Positions 39,268 to 51,246 of a stretch of DNA of 64,000 bases are shown here, piece by piece (the stretch's first letter is position 1; each line of letters opens with the position of its first letter). Source of the DNA: an uncultured Gemmatimonadales bacterium (GTDB lineage: Bacteria > Gemmatimonadota > Gemmatimonadetes > Gemmatimonadales > GWC2-71-9); NCBI GenBank assembly GCA_963846945.1, contig CAWJXX010000009.1, positions 6,492-70,491 on the forward strand. Reading direction: 5' to 3'. Below the pieces are notes generated by a model. It saw nothing but the letters and a program-made list of their open reading frames with translations. It was not told where the DNA came from and did no database searches. The position numbers and the translations under genes are program-made.

Positions 39268-41549
39268 CAGCGCTGCGGTGCGTGGCGGCGGGGGGACCCT
39301 GGCCGCCCATGGCGCCGGACCCGCCGGCCGCGCGCCGCCGCCGGCGGCACGGCACCGGCGGAGCGGCAGGGCGGCAGGCGGCGCGCCGCCCGTTGCGGCC
39401 AGTGCCCGGAATGGCCTCGGCGCTGGGAGTCATGCCCGGGCACGCCGAGCATCTGCGAATGCACCGGGCAATACGTCGTCGGCACGGTGCCCGGCGCGAA
39501 ACTCTCCACGTAGCGCAGCGGCCGCGGGCAGAACGGCGTCGCCAGGAAGCCGGTGGTGCTGTCGATCTCGGCGACCTGCAGGTCCTCCGGCCGGGTCCAC
39601 GCGAAGGTGGTGGAGCGCCGGTCGTAGACCTCCTTCATCATCGCCGTCCACGCCGGGGCCGCGAGCCGGCCACCCTGCGCGTTGTTCATGATCTTCTTCG
39701 GCTGGTCGAACCCGATCCACACGCCGGTGACGAGCTCGGGCGTGAAGCCGACGAACCAGACGTCGAAGCCGTCGTTGGTCGTGCCGGTCTTGCCCGCCGC
39801 GGTGAAGTTGATCTGCGCGCCGACGGTGCCCGGCGGCCGTGCCGCGACGCACCACGTCGCGCAGCACGTCGGTCATGAGCCACGCGACCGACGGCTCCAG
39901 CACCTGGATCCGGCGCACCGTGGGCTGCCACAGGATGTTGCCGTCGCGATCCTCCACCCGGAGGATCGCCTGCGGCTCGGCGCGCTGGCCGTCGTTGGCG
40001 AACGCGGTGTAGGCCGAGATGATCTCGAGCGGCACCACGTCGGCGGAACCGATGCTGATCGACGGTACCGGCGCCACGTCGGTGGTGACGCCGAACCGGC
40101 GCGCCTCGTCGATGACGTTCTCGAGCCCGACCTCCATGCCCAGCTTGATCGCCGGGATGTTGCGGCTCTGGTAGAGCGCGCGGCGCAGCGTCATCCGGCC
40201 CTCGAACTTCAGGTCGTAGTTCTGCGGCGTCCACGTGGGCTGGCCCGGGAAATCCATGGACAGTGAGTCGTCCACGATGATCTCGGACAGCGGATGCCCT
40301 GCCTCGAGTGCCGCCGTGTACACGAAGGGCTTGAAGATCGAGCCCGGCTGGCGGCGCGACTGGTCACCCGGTTGAACTTGCTGTCGTCGAAGTCGCGGCC
40401 GCCGACCAGCGCGCGGATGTAGCCGGTCTTGGCCTCGAGGGTGAGCACCAGCCCCTGCAGGTAGGGCGACACCGCCGGGGCGTCGGCGATGTCCTCCCGC
40501 CGCTCGAGGTACTGGGCGTAGGTCTGGTGCGGGAACTTGCCGTAGCGCGGCCCGCCGGCCTCGATCGCCGTGAGCTGGCCCTCGAGCGCCCGCTCGGCGG
40601 CCTGCTGCATGTCGAGGTCGAGCGTGGTGTAGATGCGGAGGCCCTTGCGATAGAGGTCCTCGCCGAAGCGGGCCTGCAGCTGCTGCCGCACGTACTCGAC
40701 GAAGTACTCCGCGGTGCCGCTGAAGTCGGAGCGCGACGACAGCAGCAGCGGATACGCGTTCCAGCGCTCGGTCTCCTGGTCGCCGATCAGCCCCTCGTCA
40801 CGCATGAGGCCGATCACGAGGTTGCGGCGCTGGACGCTGCGCGCGGGGCTCCGCCGCGGGTTGTACGGTCGTCGGCGCCTTGGGGATCGCCGCCAGCGTC
40901 GCCGCCTCGGCGATGTTCAGCTCGCGGGCAGCACTTGCCGAAGTAGCGCTGGCACGCGACCTCGACGCCGTAGGCGCGGTTGCCGAGGTCGATCTGGTTG
41001 AGGTAGAGCTCGAGGATCTTGTCCTTGGGGTAGCGCTTCTCGATATCGAGCGCGACGCGCATCTCCCGCAGCTTCCGGCCGAGGCTGCGGTCCGCCGGTT
41101 GATGTCCTCGGGAAAGAGGTTGCCGGCGAGCTGCATGGTGATGGTGGACGCGCCGGTGACGCCGCCCGCCGAGAACGGCACCCTTGGCTGCGCCGAAGAC
41201 GCGGATCCAGTCGATGCCGTGGTGCTCGTAGAAGCGCTTGTCCTCGGTGGCCAGGAAGGCCTGGACGACCGCCGGCGAGATCTCGCTTGAGCGGAACGAC
41301 GGTGCGGCGCTCGAGGCCGAGGTCGGTGATCAGCCGGCCGTCGGCGGCGTAGACCTTCGAGGCCTGGGCGGGATCGTACTCGCCCAGCGCGTCGAGCGAG
41401 GGGCAGGCGTTGCTCCGGCAGACCGTGAGCCAGGCCGCCAGGAGGATGGCGGCACCGAGGGTCAGGACACCGAGGATTCCGAGGACAACGGCACGGATGA
41501 CGCCCGGCGAGCGCCAGCGGGGCGTTCGGGAAGGAGCAGGGTCAGACAT
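39267..41549 (-). CDS. Class A penicillin-binding protein (transglycosylase/transpeptidase, PBP1A-like; multiple frame changes as assembled)
   Basis: ATG 41549 opens MSDPAPSRTPRW, followed by a TM helix. The GT51 motif RYPKDKILELYLNQIDLGNRAYGVE is in ORF 40814-41062. Transpeptidase fragments lie in ORFs 40209-40817, 39430-40323 and 39267-39722 (MWIGFDQPKKIMNNAQGGRLAAPAW). Confidence 0.85.
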
Positions 41550-41649
41550 TGGGGAGAAGCTTAAGGGCGCCGCTGACGCGGGTCCAGCGAAATCAGGGTG
41601 GTGCCGATCGCTTGCCGACCCGCGGCTCGAGCGGCTACTGTTGCCCGCC

Positions 41650-42917
<1,268 letters not shown>

Positions 42918-42925
<8 letters not shown>

Positions 42926-44093
42926 GCGGTTCGAACCTCAGAGGTGGCTTTCGATTTCGGCCGCAGCCCGCTGCCACGTCGTCCACGCTGTTGAACAGGT
43001 GGGGACTGAACCGGAGCGATCCTTCCCGCAAGCTGCAGATCACCTCTTCCTGCCGAAGCACGCCGTGCAGCCTCGCGGCGCCCGGCGCCTTGAGGCAGAC
43101 GATGGCAGCAGCCGTGCGCGCCGCGCGGTGAGGTGATGGGGATGTCCCGCCGCGCTGCGAGGTCGAGCAGGGGCTGCCTGCACCCGCTGGAGGTGCGCCG
43201 CGATCTCGCTCCACCCCGATGTCGAGGATCAGCTCGAGCGAGGTGTTCATCGCCGCGAAATCCTGGAACGGCAGCGTGATCAGCTCGAAGCGGCGCGAGT
43301 CATCGTGCCATGTCGGGTTGTAGTCGGTCAGCTTGCTGAAGTCGTCCGTTCCCTGGAACGCGAGCCAGCCCGGCAAACGGGGGCGTGAGCTGTCGAGAAT
43401 CTCCTTCCGCACATAGAAGAAGCCGCTTCCCCACGGCGACAGCAGCCATTTCTGCGCGCCGGTCGCGAGGATGTCGACCGGTGTCTCCTGCGAGGTCGAC
43501 CGGCAGCTGGCCCAGGCCCTGGATGGCATCGACGACGAGCCAGGTCCGGTGGCGCGGGTCGCCTGCGAGAGCGCGGCCAGGTCGACCGTGTAGCCCGTTG
43601 CTGAACTGCACCAGTGACACGGCGAGGACCTTCACCCGCGGATCGCTGAGCCGTTCGAGCAGGCGCGCCTCGTCGGGCCAGCCCTCGTGCGGTGACCGGC
43701 ACGAGCTCCAGCGTCGCGCCGCTTGATCGCCGACATCATCCATGGATACACGTTCGCGGGAAACTCCCGGTCGCTCACGAGCACGATGTCGCCGGCGGTC
43801 CGAGCGGCAGCGCCCGCGCCGCGATGTTGATGCCGAAGCTGGTGTTGGTGGCGAGCGCGATCTCGTCGGACGCTGGCGTTGAGCAGGCGCGCGGCGAGGG
43901 AGCGCGCGCGGGTCGAGGGCGCCGAACTGGACGTCCTTCGGGATGCGGTGCGGCGTCGAGCGCATCGCGTTGAAGGCGTCGAGCGTGGCCGGGTGCGCGT
44001 CGGGAGCGGGCCGATGCTCGCGCTGTCGAGATACGCGGTCTCGGAGGTCCAGGGGAAGTCGGACTTGCGGAGTTCGGTCGGGTCAAAGGGCAT
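42918..44093 (-). CDS. Class V aminotransferase-fold PLP-dependent enzyme (cysteine desulfurase-like; frame changes as assembled)
   Basis: ATG 44093 opens MPFDPTELRKSDFPWTSETAYLDSASIGPLP. ATGAQKWLLSPWGSGFFYVRKE (candidate PLP Lys) and LRFSPHLFNSVDDV are in ORF 42918-43529. The 3' end may instead be at 42938. Confidence 0.75.
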
Positions 44094-44118
44094 GCCGATC
44101 CTTCGTCTCCCGCTCACG

Positions 44119-44996
44119 TCATCCGTCGCCCGTCATCGAGCCATGGCATCCTAGCTCCTGACTGCGCAGCTTCGGGTCGTACAGTTCCCGCAGCGCATCT
44201 CCCACCAGGTTGAAGCCCATCACGGCCAGCCCGATCGCGACGCCGGGAGCCACCGACACCCACGGCGCCACGCGAAGCAGGTCGCGACCGTCGGCCACCA
44301 TGGCGCCCCAGCTGGGCGTCGGCGGCTGCGCGCCCAGGCCTACAAAGGAGAGCGCCGCTTCGGCCATGATCGCGCCCGGCGATGCCGAGCGTGGCCGCGA
44401 CGATGACCGGGCCACGGATGTTGGGCAGCAGGTGTGCCAGAGGATGTGGCCGTCGCGTGCGCCGAGCGCCCGGGAGGCGAGTACGTAGTCGGCGCTCCGG
44501 AGGACCAGCACCTGGCTCCTCACCAGGCGCGCCATCGCGGCCCAGCCGACGATGCCGATGACCACGAAGACCACGGGAAGTGACGGGCGGACGGCCGCGG
44601 CCACGGCGATCAGCAGCAGCAGGGTCGGAAAGGCCAGCGTGATGTCGGCGAGGCGCATGACGACCGCGTCGATCCACTTGCCGTAGTAGCCGGCTACCAG
44701 GCCCATGCGTGACGCCGAGCGAGCGTCGCGACCGACTGGGCGATGAGGCCCACGCCGAGCGAGATGCGGGCACCGTAGATGACGCGGCTCAGGATGTCGC
44801 GGCCCTGGGTATCGGTGCCGAGCCAGTGGTGGCCACCGGGCGGAAGGAGGTAGGCCTTCTGGAGGTCACCAAGAATCGGGCTGTCGGGCGCGATCCATGG
44901 CGCCAGCAGCGCACAGGCGACGACCAGCGCCACCAGCGCCACCCCGAGCTGGAAGAGCGGGTCGCGACGAAGGCGGTCGCGAACGGGCGTCGTCAC
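44119..44996 (-). CDS. ABC transporter permease, peptide/nickel (DppC/OppC-like) family (frame changes as assembled)
   Basis: GTG 44996 opens VTTPVRDRLRRDPLFQLGVALVALVV...GTDTQGRDILSRVIYGARISL (tail of ORF 44694-46310). ORF 44119-44706 has LAFPTLLLLIAV...EAALSFVGLGAQPPTPSWG. Confidence 0.8.
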
Positions 44997-46085
44997 GGTG
45001 CGGGCGCGGTCTCCAGCAGGACGAGCGAGTCGAGCATGCCGGCAAGCTGCTCGGCGAACCGCCTCGCCCCCCGGTCGTCGAAATGGATCGGGATCACCGT
45101 GGATCATAGTACTCGGCACCCTGCAACACCCCACGCTGCCGTGGGAATGAAGACGGCTCCCTGCTCTTCGGCCACCTGGCGCATGACCCTCCGGTAGTCC
45201 GCGTAGCCCTGCGCAACGTACGTCCGCCGGCACGCCGCTGAAATAGTGCTCCCACGCCTGTCGCTCGACGGAATCGCGGGGCGCCTCGGCGTCCCGGAAA
45301 CGTGCACCGGCTCGAGCAGCACCACGCTTGCTCCCCCCAGCTTCGCGGTCAGCGACGTAGATGGTCAGATCGCGACCAAACTGGTCGGCTGCCGCGGCGA
45401 TGCGGCTATCGACCTTGGCCGGATCGCGTCCGGGCACGATAGCCGAGTCGGGCCAGATTCGGGCGACAAGCGCGCGACGCGCCGCGGTCGAGCTTTCCCT
45501 AGAGCAGCGAATGTTGCGACAGCCAGGTGTCCCAGGGTGCGATGGGAATCTGCGCATCCGGCGTGTCGGGGTTGCCGGGCGGAGAGTCGACCAGGCCGTA
45601 GTACAGGTCGTTGTGCCCCTGCAGCAGGACCATGATGTCGGGCTTGAGGCGATACAGGTCGGACTGCAGCCTGATGAAGTTGTCGAGCACGGAATACGAC
45701 GGGCACGCCGGCGTTGAGGACCTCGACCGGCACCCGCGCCCTGGTTGGCGTTCAGCTGGCGTTCCAGCTGCGCAGGCCAGGTGCTGTCGTCCGCCGTCAC
45801 CGCCGCGTCGAAGGTGGTCGAGCCGCCGTCCGCCAGGATGCGGATCGTGCCGGGGCGGTGCGCGACTGTCACCTGCGGGTCCGCGCAGCCCCGAGGAATC
45901 CACGTTGACCCAGCCGAAATAGTGGCGGTCATGGATGAGCGCCGGCTGGAGGCGCTCGTGCAGGTAGAACAGCGTGGGCAGGTGCCGGGCGGGGTCGTAC
46001 GGTGACGCTCGCGCCAGCGCACGGCACCCTCGGCGATGAGCACGGCGGCCACGAGCGGCAGGACAACGAGCAGAAACACCGCCAT
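44993..46085 (-). CDS. SGNH/GDSL-like protein with N-terminal membrane anchor (frame changes as assembled)
   Basis: ATG 46085 opens MAVFLLVVLPLVAAVLIAEG. Fragments include IRILADGGSTTFD, VLNAGVP and KPDIMVLLQGHNDLYYG (ORFs 45499-46254, 45365-45733). The end AEQLAGMLDSLVLLETAPAP stops at TGA 44993-44995, overlapping the next GTG. Confidence 0.55.
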
Positions 46086-46150
46086 CGCGCGCACCGCCGG
46101 CCGGGGCGATGCCTCCGACTGGCTCGAACAGGCAACGAGAGGTCCGGCGA

Positions 46151-46310
46151 CTAGAAGATGGTGTAGATGAACGGGTGCCAGCGCAGAGCCCTGGGCGAAC
46201 ACGAGCAGGGCACCGACCGCGACCATCACCAGGACGATCGGGAGCAGCCACCACTTCTTTCTCACCTTCATGAAGGCCCAGAGCTCACTCATCAGACCCG
46301 TGCCCGCCAT
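46151..46310 (-). CDS. DUF5989-like small membrane protein (one extra base in a C/G run near 46174)
   Basis: Reads MAGTGLMSELWAFMKVRKKWWLLPIVLVMVAVGALLVFAQGSALAP. After dropping one base it continues FIYTIF and stops at 46151-46153. Its size, the KKWWLLP motif and the FIYTIF tail match the small protein that accompanies carbamoyltransferase/SxtJ pairs. Confidence 0.65.
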
Positions 46311-46339
46311 AGGTCGCTCCCCGTCCTAGAATTGCCGCT

Positions 46340-46730
46340 TCATGCTGCGCGCTGCTCCGCCGGTGACCTTATCGCCCAGAAACTGCCGTCCTTGTCCGGA
46401 GCAACCATTGGATTGCGGCCGAATGTGCGCATCAGGAGTCCGATCGGCGCAAGCACCAGGAAATACACCACGCCCATGAAAATGGGCGTGGTCACCCGGG
46501 AAATCAGGTGGGCGAGCTCCATCCACGCGCGATTCACCGGGCCAAGCCGCGTGGGTATCAGGAGCGCCCGCAAGGACCAGGCGGTAGCCCAGGCCCGCCA
46601 AAGATCGGCGCCGTCCAGCGCCCAGCGCCACCAGAGCACCGCCCCAAGCACGAGGAACGCACCGCCAACGGTGAAGGCCGAACTTGCGGCCCTCGCGCGG
46701 GCTCAGTCGAGCTGGAATTGCTGTCGCCAA
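46340..46730 (-). CDS. SxtJ-like membrane protein (one frame change as assembled)
   Basis: A candidate TTG at 46730 gives ATAIPARLSPREGRKFG. ORF 46340-46651 then gives GAVLWWRW...PVNRAWMELAHLISRVTTPIFMGVVYFLVLAPIGLLMRTFGRNPM. The start is uncertain. Confidence 0.55.
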
Positions 46731-48555
46731 TCCGTGGTCTCCTTCCACTCCGGCTGGTGTCGCCTTATCCAGGAGAAAGGACCCGAGCACCAGGTAGTCG
46801 ATGTGGGTGCGCATGAAGCAGGCGTATGCGTCCGCGGGGGTGCAGACGATCGGCTCGCCGCGAACGTTGAACGACGTATTGACGATCACGCCGCAGCCCG
46901 TAAGGCCCTCGAAGGCACGGATGAGGGCATGGTAGTTCGGGTTGGTCTCTGCCGAGACCGTCTGGACGCGTGCCGAATAGTCGATGTGCGTCACCGCCGG
47001 AATGTCGGACTTGCGGAACGTTCAGCTTCTCGATTCCCCACAGGGTCCGCTGCTCCGCGCTGAGCGGTATCTGGCGCTCCTTCTTCACCGGGGCGACGAG
47101 CAGCATGTAGGGCGACTCGCAATCCAGCTCGAAATAGTCGCTGACCCGCTCCCGAAGGACACTGGGTGCGAACGGCCGGAATCCCTCGCGAAACTTGATC
47201 TTGATGTTCATGTCCGCCTGCATCCGGGGGTTTCTCGGGTCCCCGATGATGCTGCGGCTGCCCGAGCGCCCGCGGGCCGAACTCCATGCGCCCGTCGAAC
47301 CAGCCGATGATCTTGCCATCCGCCAGCAGTCCCGGCCACCTCACTGGTCAAGTCGAGTGCGCTCCAGCCGCTGGTAGCCGGCGCCGATGGAAGTCAGGTA
47401 TCGCTCGATCTGCGCATCGCTCGAAGTGCAGGGCCGAGGTAGGCCCCCTTCATCGAATCCTTGCCGGCCGACCACGACGCGCGGCTTGCCGAGTTCCCGG
47501 TGCCAGATCAGCTGCGCAACGCCGAGCGCGCCGCCGGCGTCGCCCGCAGCCGGCTGGATCCAGAGGCGCTTGAACGGTCCCTCCCGCAGGAGCCGGCCGT
47601 TGCCACGCAGTTGAGCGCGACACCGCCCGCCAGACAGAGGTTCTCCAGGCCGGTTTCACGATGGGCCGTACGTGCCATGCGGAGCATGACCTCCTCGCAG
47701 ACCACCTGCACCGACCGCGCGAGGTCCATCTCCTTCTGGGTCAGCTTCGATTCGGGTTCGCGCGGCGGACCGCCAAAAAGGTCGTGGAAGGCCGCGCTGG
47801 TCATGGTGAGACCGGAGAGGTAGTTGAAGTACTTCTGGTTGAGCCTGAACGACCCATCCTCGCGCAGGTCGATCAGCTCCTTGTAGATCAGCTCGACATA
47901 CTTCGGCTCCCCGTACGGAGCCAGGCCCATGACCTTGTACTCGCCGGAATTCACCTTGAAGCCGGTGTAGTACGTGATGGCCGAATAGAGGAGCCCGAGC
48001 GAGTCGGGCCAGCGAATCTCCTTCAGGAGGCGGAAGTCGTTGCCACGTCCAGCGCCCATCGACGCCGTGGCCCATTCCCCGACGCCATCCATCGTCAGGA
48101 TGGCAGCTTCTTCGAACGGTGAGGGGTAGAAGGCGCTGGCGGCGTGCGATTCGTGGTGCTCGGCATAGAGCAGCGAACCCTCGTAGCCGCCCGAGCGATT
48201 CACGCAGGGTCCGGTCCTGGTACAGCTTCTCCTTGATCCAGAGTGGCCCTGCCTTGAGGAAGGAGCCGAAGCCCCTCGGCGCCACGCCCAGGTAGGTCTC
48301 GAGGATCCGCTCGAACTTGAGGAGCGGCTTGTCGTAGAAGCCGACGTGCGCCAGGTCGGCCATCTGGATGCCGGCTTCCCTCAGGCAGTACTCCACCGCG
48401 CGCGCCGGGAAATCCGGGTCGCCCTTGTTCCGGGTGAAGCGCTCCTCGGAGCCTGCCGCAACGATCTCCCCGTCACGCAGCAGCGCGGCTGCGCTGTCGT
48501 GATAAAAGGCGGAGATGCCCAGAATATGCAGGGGTTTCATGGAGACTCGGTTCAC
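46703..48555 (-). CDS. Carbamoyltransferase (NodU/CmcH family; frame changes as assembled)
   Basis: KPLHILGISAFYHDSAAALLRDGEIVAA..EERFTR is in ORF 47656-48555. YYTGFKVNSGEYKVMGLAPYGEP is in ORF 47508-48203. VNTSFNVRGEPIVCTP is in ORF 46326-46994. An alternate frame ends QPEWKETTDWRQQFQLD with the stop at 46703-46705. Confidence 0.85.
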
Positions 48556-48682
48556 GGATGACGAAGGAGTGTGAACGCCTTGAGAGCAAAAGTTGGACGC
48601 GGATCACCGTTCGCACAAGTGTATGCCAGTAAATAGGTTGCATCGCATTGACTGAGGCGCTTACGCAACGGAAAGACAGTAT

Positions 48683-49740
48683 CTGGACTTCAAGCTGGTC
48701 CTGAGTGGTGGGGGACTGAAGGGGCTGACCCATCTCGGCGTGCTGATGGCGCTCGAGGAGCGCGGCCTGGTACCCAGCCTGGTCATCGGCTCCAGCATGG
48801 GCGCGATGGTCGCCGCGACCTGGGCCACCGGCATGCCGAACGAGGAGATGCGGCAGCGCGCAATGCAGGTGAAGCGCCGTCACGTTTTCGCCGTTGCCAG
48901 TGCCGACATGGCACTGCGCCGGATGCTTGCACCCGCAGTCTATCGGCGGGAACCGCTGGAGTTGCTGCTCGGCGGGCTGGTCGGCTGGCCTCACGTTCCG
49001 CGACCTGCCCCGGCGGCTCCTGGTCAACACGGTGGACCTCAATTCGGGCGCCCAGGTGCTCTGGGGATTGCCCGGCCTGGACGACGTCCGGGTCGCCGAC
49101 GCGGTATTTGCGTCGTGCGCGCTGCCGGGCATCCTGCCGCCGCGTCTCATCCGCGGGCGGCACTACGTGGACGGGGCGGTGGTGGAGAATCTCCCGCTGC
49201 GGATCGCGGCGAGCGCCGGTCGTGGCCCCGTGGTCGCCGTGAACCTCAATCCGCTCGGGCCGTTCGATCTCGAGCGCACCGACGCTGAATCACAGGGGTT
49301 TGCGGCAACCTACATGCGCGGACTCGAGATGGTGATGCAGGCGCAGAGTGCGGAGGGCCTGCGCTACTGGCAGCGGCCGCCGCTGGTGCTGGTGCAGCCG
49401 CGCGTCGGGCACATCTCGATGTTCGCCTTCGACCGCACCGAGGAACTGATCGCCGAAGGACATCGCTCGATGAGTGCGGCCCTCGACGCCGCCGGCGGTT
49501 CGCTGGCGGACCTCGCGCCGGGAATCCATCCGCGGCGCCCGGTACGCATCAGCATGCAGCGCGAACGCTGCGTCGGGTGCGGCGCGTGCGCACTCTGGGC
49601 GCCGGAGGTGTTCGCCATGGGTCCCGATGGCATTGCGGTGGTGAAAACGTCGGTGCATCACTGGTCGCCCGCGGACGGAACCTACGTGTCGCACTGTCCC
49701 ACGCACGCCATTCATATCGAGGCGGAGCCGGGGTACGGCA
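48683..49740 (+). CDS. Patatin-like phospholipase fused to a C-terminal single-cluster ferredoxin-like domain (one frame change ~48985; start and stop unresolved)
   Basis: From 48683 the frame reads LDFKLVLSGGGLKGLTHLGVL...VIGSSMGAMV (GGGxKG plus GxSxG). No ATG/GTG/TTG lies between the upstream stop at 48653 and this motif. ORF 48894-50246 adds HYVDGAVVENLP (catalytic Asp) and CVGCGACALWAPEVF...SHCPTHAI. The ORF formally stays open to 50246 through GC-rich repeats. Confidence 0.75.
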
Positions 49741-49744
49741 GCGC

Positions 49745-49780
49745 CAGGAGCGGCAGGAGCGGCAGGAGCGGCAGGGCGGC
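49745..49780 (+). repeat. Tandem 9-mer CAGGAGCGG x3 plus one degenerate unit
   Basis: The units caggagcgg caggagcgg caggagcgg cagggcggc can be read directly. The same 9-mer array recurs on the opposite strand at 59106-59148. Confidence 0.85.
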
Positions 49781-49985
49781 AAGCGCAGGCGGCACGGCGC
49801 GGCAGGACGGCAGGCGGCAAGGCCGGCAAGGCGCGCGCGAGCTACGTCGCTCCGAGCGAGCGAGTGGCGGCGCTCAAGGACCGGGCCGCCGAACGCGCTG
49901 GCCATCTTCAAGACCTGCGGGCGAGCCCGAGGTCCTGAGCGCCGGTCCCGAGCGAGCGAGCGAGGTGCGCGTGGCTTCCGCGCGC

Positions 49986-51167
49986 TCAGCCGGAGCGGGC
50001 TATGTCCGTCGCAAACTCCGTCGCGATCGACCGAAGGCTGCCCACCACCCGCTCCCAGCTCTGCAACGCCTCCACTCGCGCGCGCGCCGCACGACCCATC
50101 GGCGTCGCCACCTTCGCATCGAGCAGCCGCGTGATCCCCTGCAGCACCTCGGCCGGCCGATCGGGATCCACCAGCAGCCCGGTTTCGCCATCGACAACCA
50201 GGTCGGGCATGTCGCTGCCGCGCGCGGCGAGGATCGGCAATCCTGACGCCGCCGCGTCGACGAACGGACTTCCCATCCCCTCGACATCGAGTCCCGGCTG
50301 GCGCGTGAGGCCCACGTATGCAGTGGCCACGTTGAACAGCGCCGGATGATCCGTGTCGGGTACGTTGCCGAGCAGCCGCACCTGCGACACGATCCCGAGC
50401 TTCTTCACCAATGCCTTGAGTTCACCCGACGGATCACCTGCCTGCACTACCGCATAGCGAACATCGAGGCCGGCCGGCGCTGCTGCGACCGCCTGCAGTA
50501 CCGCTTCCACCCCGCGCCAGGGAGGCCGCGTCACGGTGAGCAGCCAGCGGCCCGTCTCCAGGTGGTACTTCCCCCGCACACCGCTCGTATCGATGCCCGG
50601 ATGAAAGAACTCGGGATCGGTGCCAAGTGGCACTATGCGCACACGATCCTCGGCGAGGGAGACGCCCAGTTCGCCAAGGACTGAAAGACAGAGTTCGCGC
50701 GTCCAGGCGTTGCTGGTGACCACCACCGACGCCGCATCGAGCAGGCCGCGCGCCACGCGCCGACGGATCACGGAGCGATGCGTCTGGTGCCGGAGGAGCA
50801 GCAACTCCGGGGCGTGCGCGATGACGCCGAACGGCGTGCCCATTCGCTCGCGCACCCACTTGGCCGGGTACGCGGCGGGCTTGAGCGCACCGCACCAGAT
50901 GAAATCAGGGTCGAGCGCGCGCGTCAGCACCGAGGCATGGCGGGACCACGCGAGAATTCCCTGCAATGTCTTGAGCCGGCGGACCGGTACCGCAAGCCGG
51001 TCCACCCGGTTCGACAGTTGCTCGTCGAATTCTTCGCTTTCCTGTACCTGGCCGGTGCTCACCACGAGTTCGCCGCGGGGCCAGTGCCGTGCAAGCGCAC
51101 CCATCCAGCGCGCGGCGCTGCCATCCGTCGGCGGGAAGTCGTAGGTGAGCAACAGCTGCGGACGCAT
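49986..51167 (-). CDS. Glycosyltransferase family 4 (GT-B fold)
   Basis: Lies inside track ORF 49986-51356, starting at MRPQLLLTYDFPPTDG (51167). The C-terminal GT1 motif is EGMGSPFVDAAASGLPILAARGSDMPDLVVDGETGLLV. Confidence 0.85.
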   Translation of the reverse strand: MRPQLLLTYDFPPTDGSAARWMGALARHWPRGELVVSTGQVQESEEFDEQLSNRVDRLAVPVRRLKTLQGILAWSRHASVLTRALDPDFIWCGALKPAAYPAKWVRERMGTPFGVIAHAPELLLLRHQTHRSVIRRRVARGLLDAASVVVTSNAWTRELCLSVLGELGVSLAEDRVRIVPLGTDPEFFHPGIDTSGVRGKYHLETGRWLLTVTRPPWRGVEAVLQAVAAAPAGLDVRYAVVQAGDPSGELKALVKKLGIVSQVRLLGNVPDTDHPALFNVATAYVGLTRQPGLDVEGMGSPFVDAAASGLPILAARGSDMPDLVVDGETGLLVDPDRPAEVLQGITRLLDAKVATPMGRAARARVEALQSWERVVGSLRSIATEFATDIARSG

Positions 51168-51246
51168 GCGACGCTCCGGCGTGCGGGTCGTGCCCGGTTC
51201 TGACGCTGAAATGTCGCCCGGAGCCGGAGTGTGGGCCAAGGGGTTG

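Noticed and set aside
48683-49740. Patatin-like phospholipase as a CBASS (CapV-type) effector
   Set aside because: No CD-NTase/cyclase, no E1/E2/JAB genes and no cyclic-nucleotide sensor domain are adjacent. The neighbours are envelope-biosynthesis genes.
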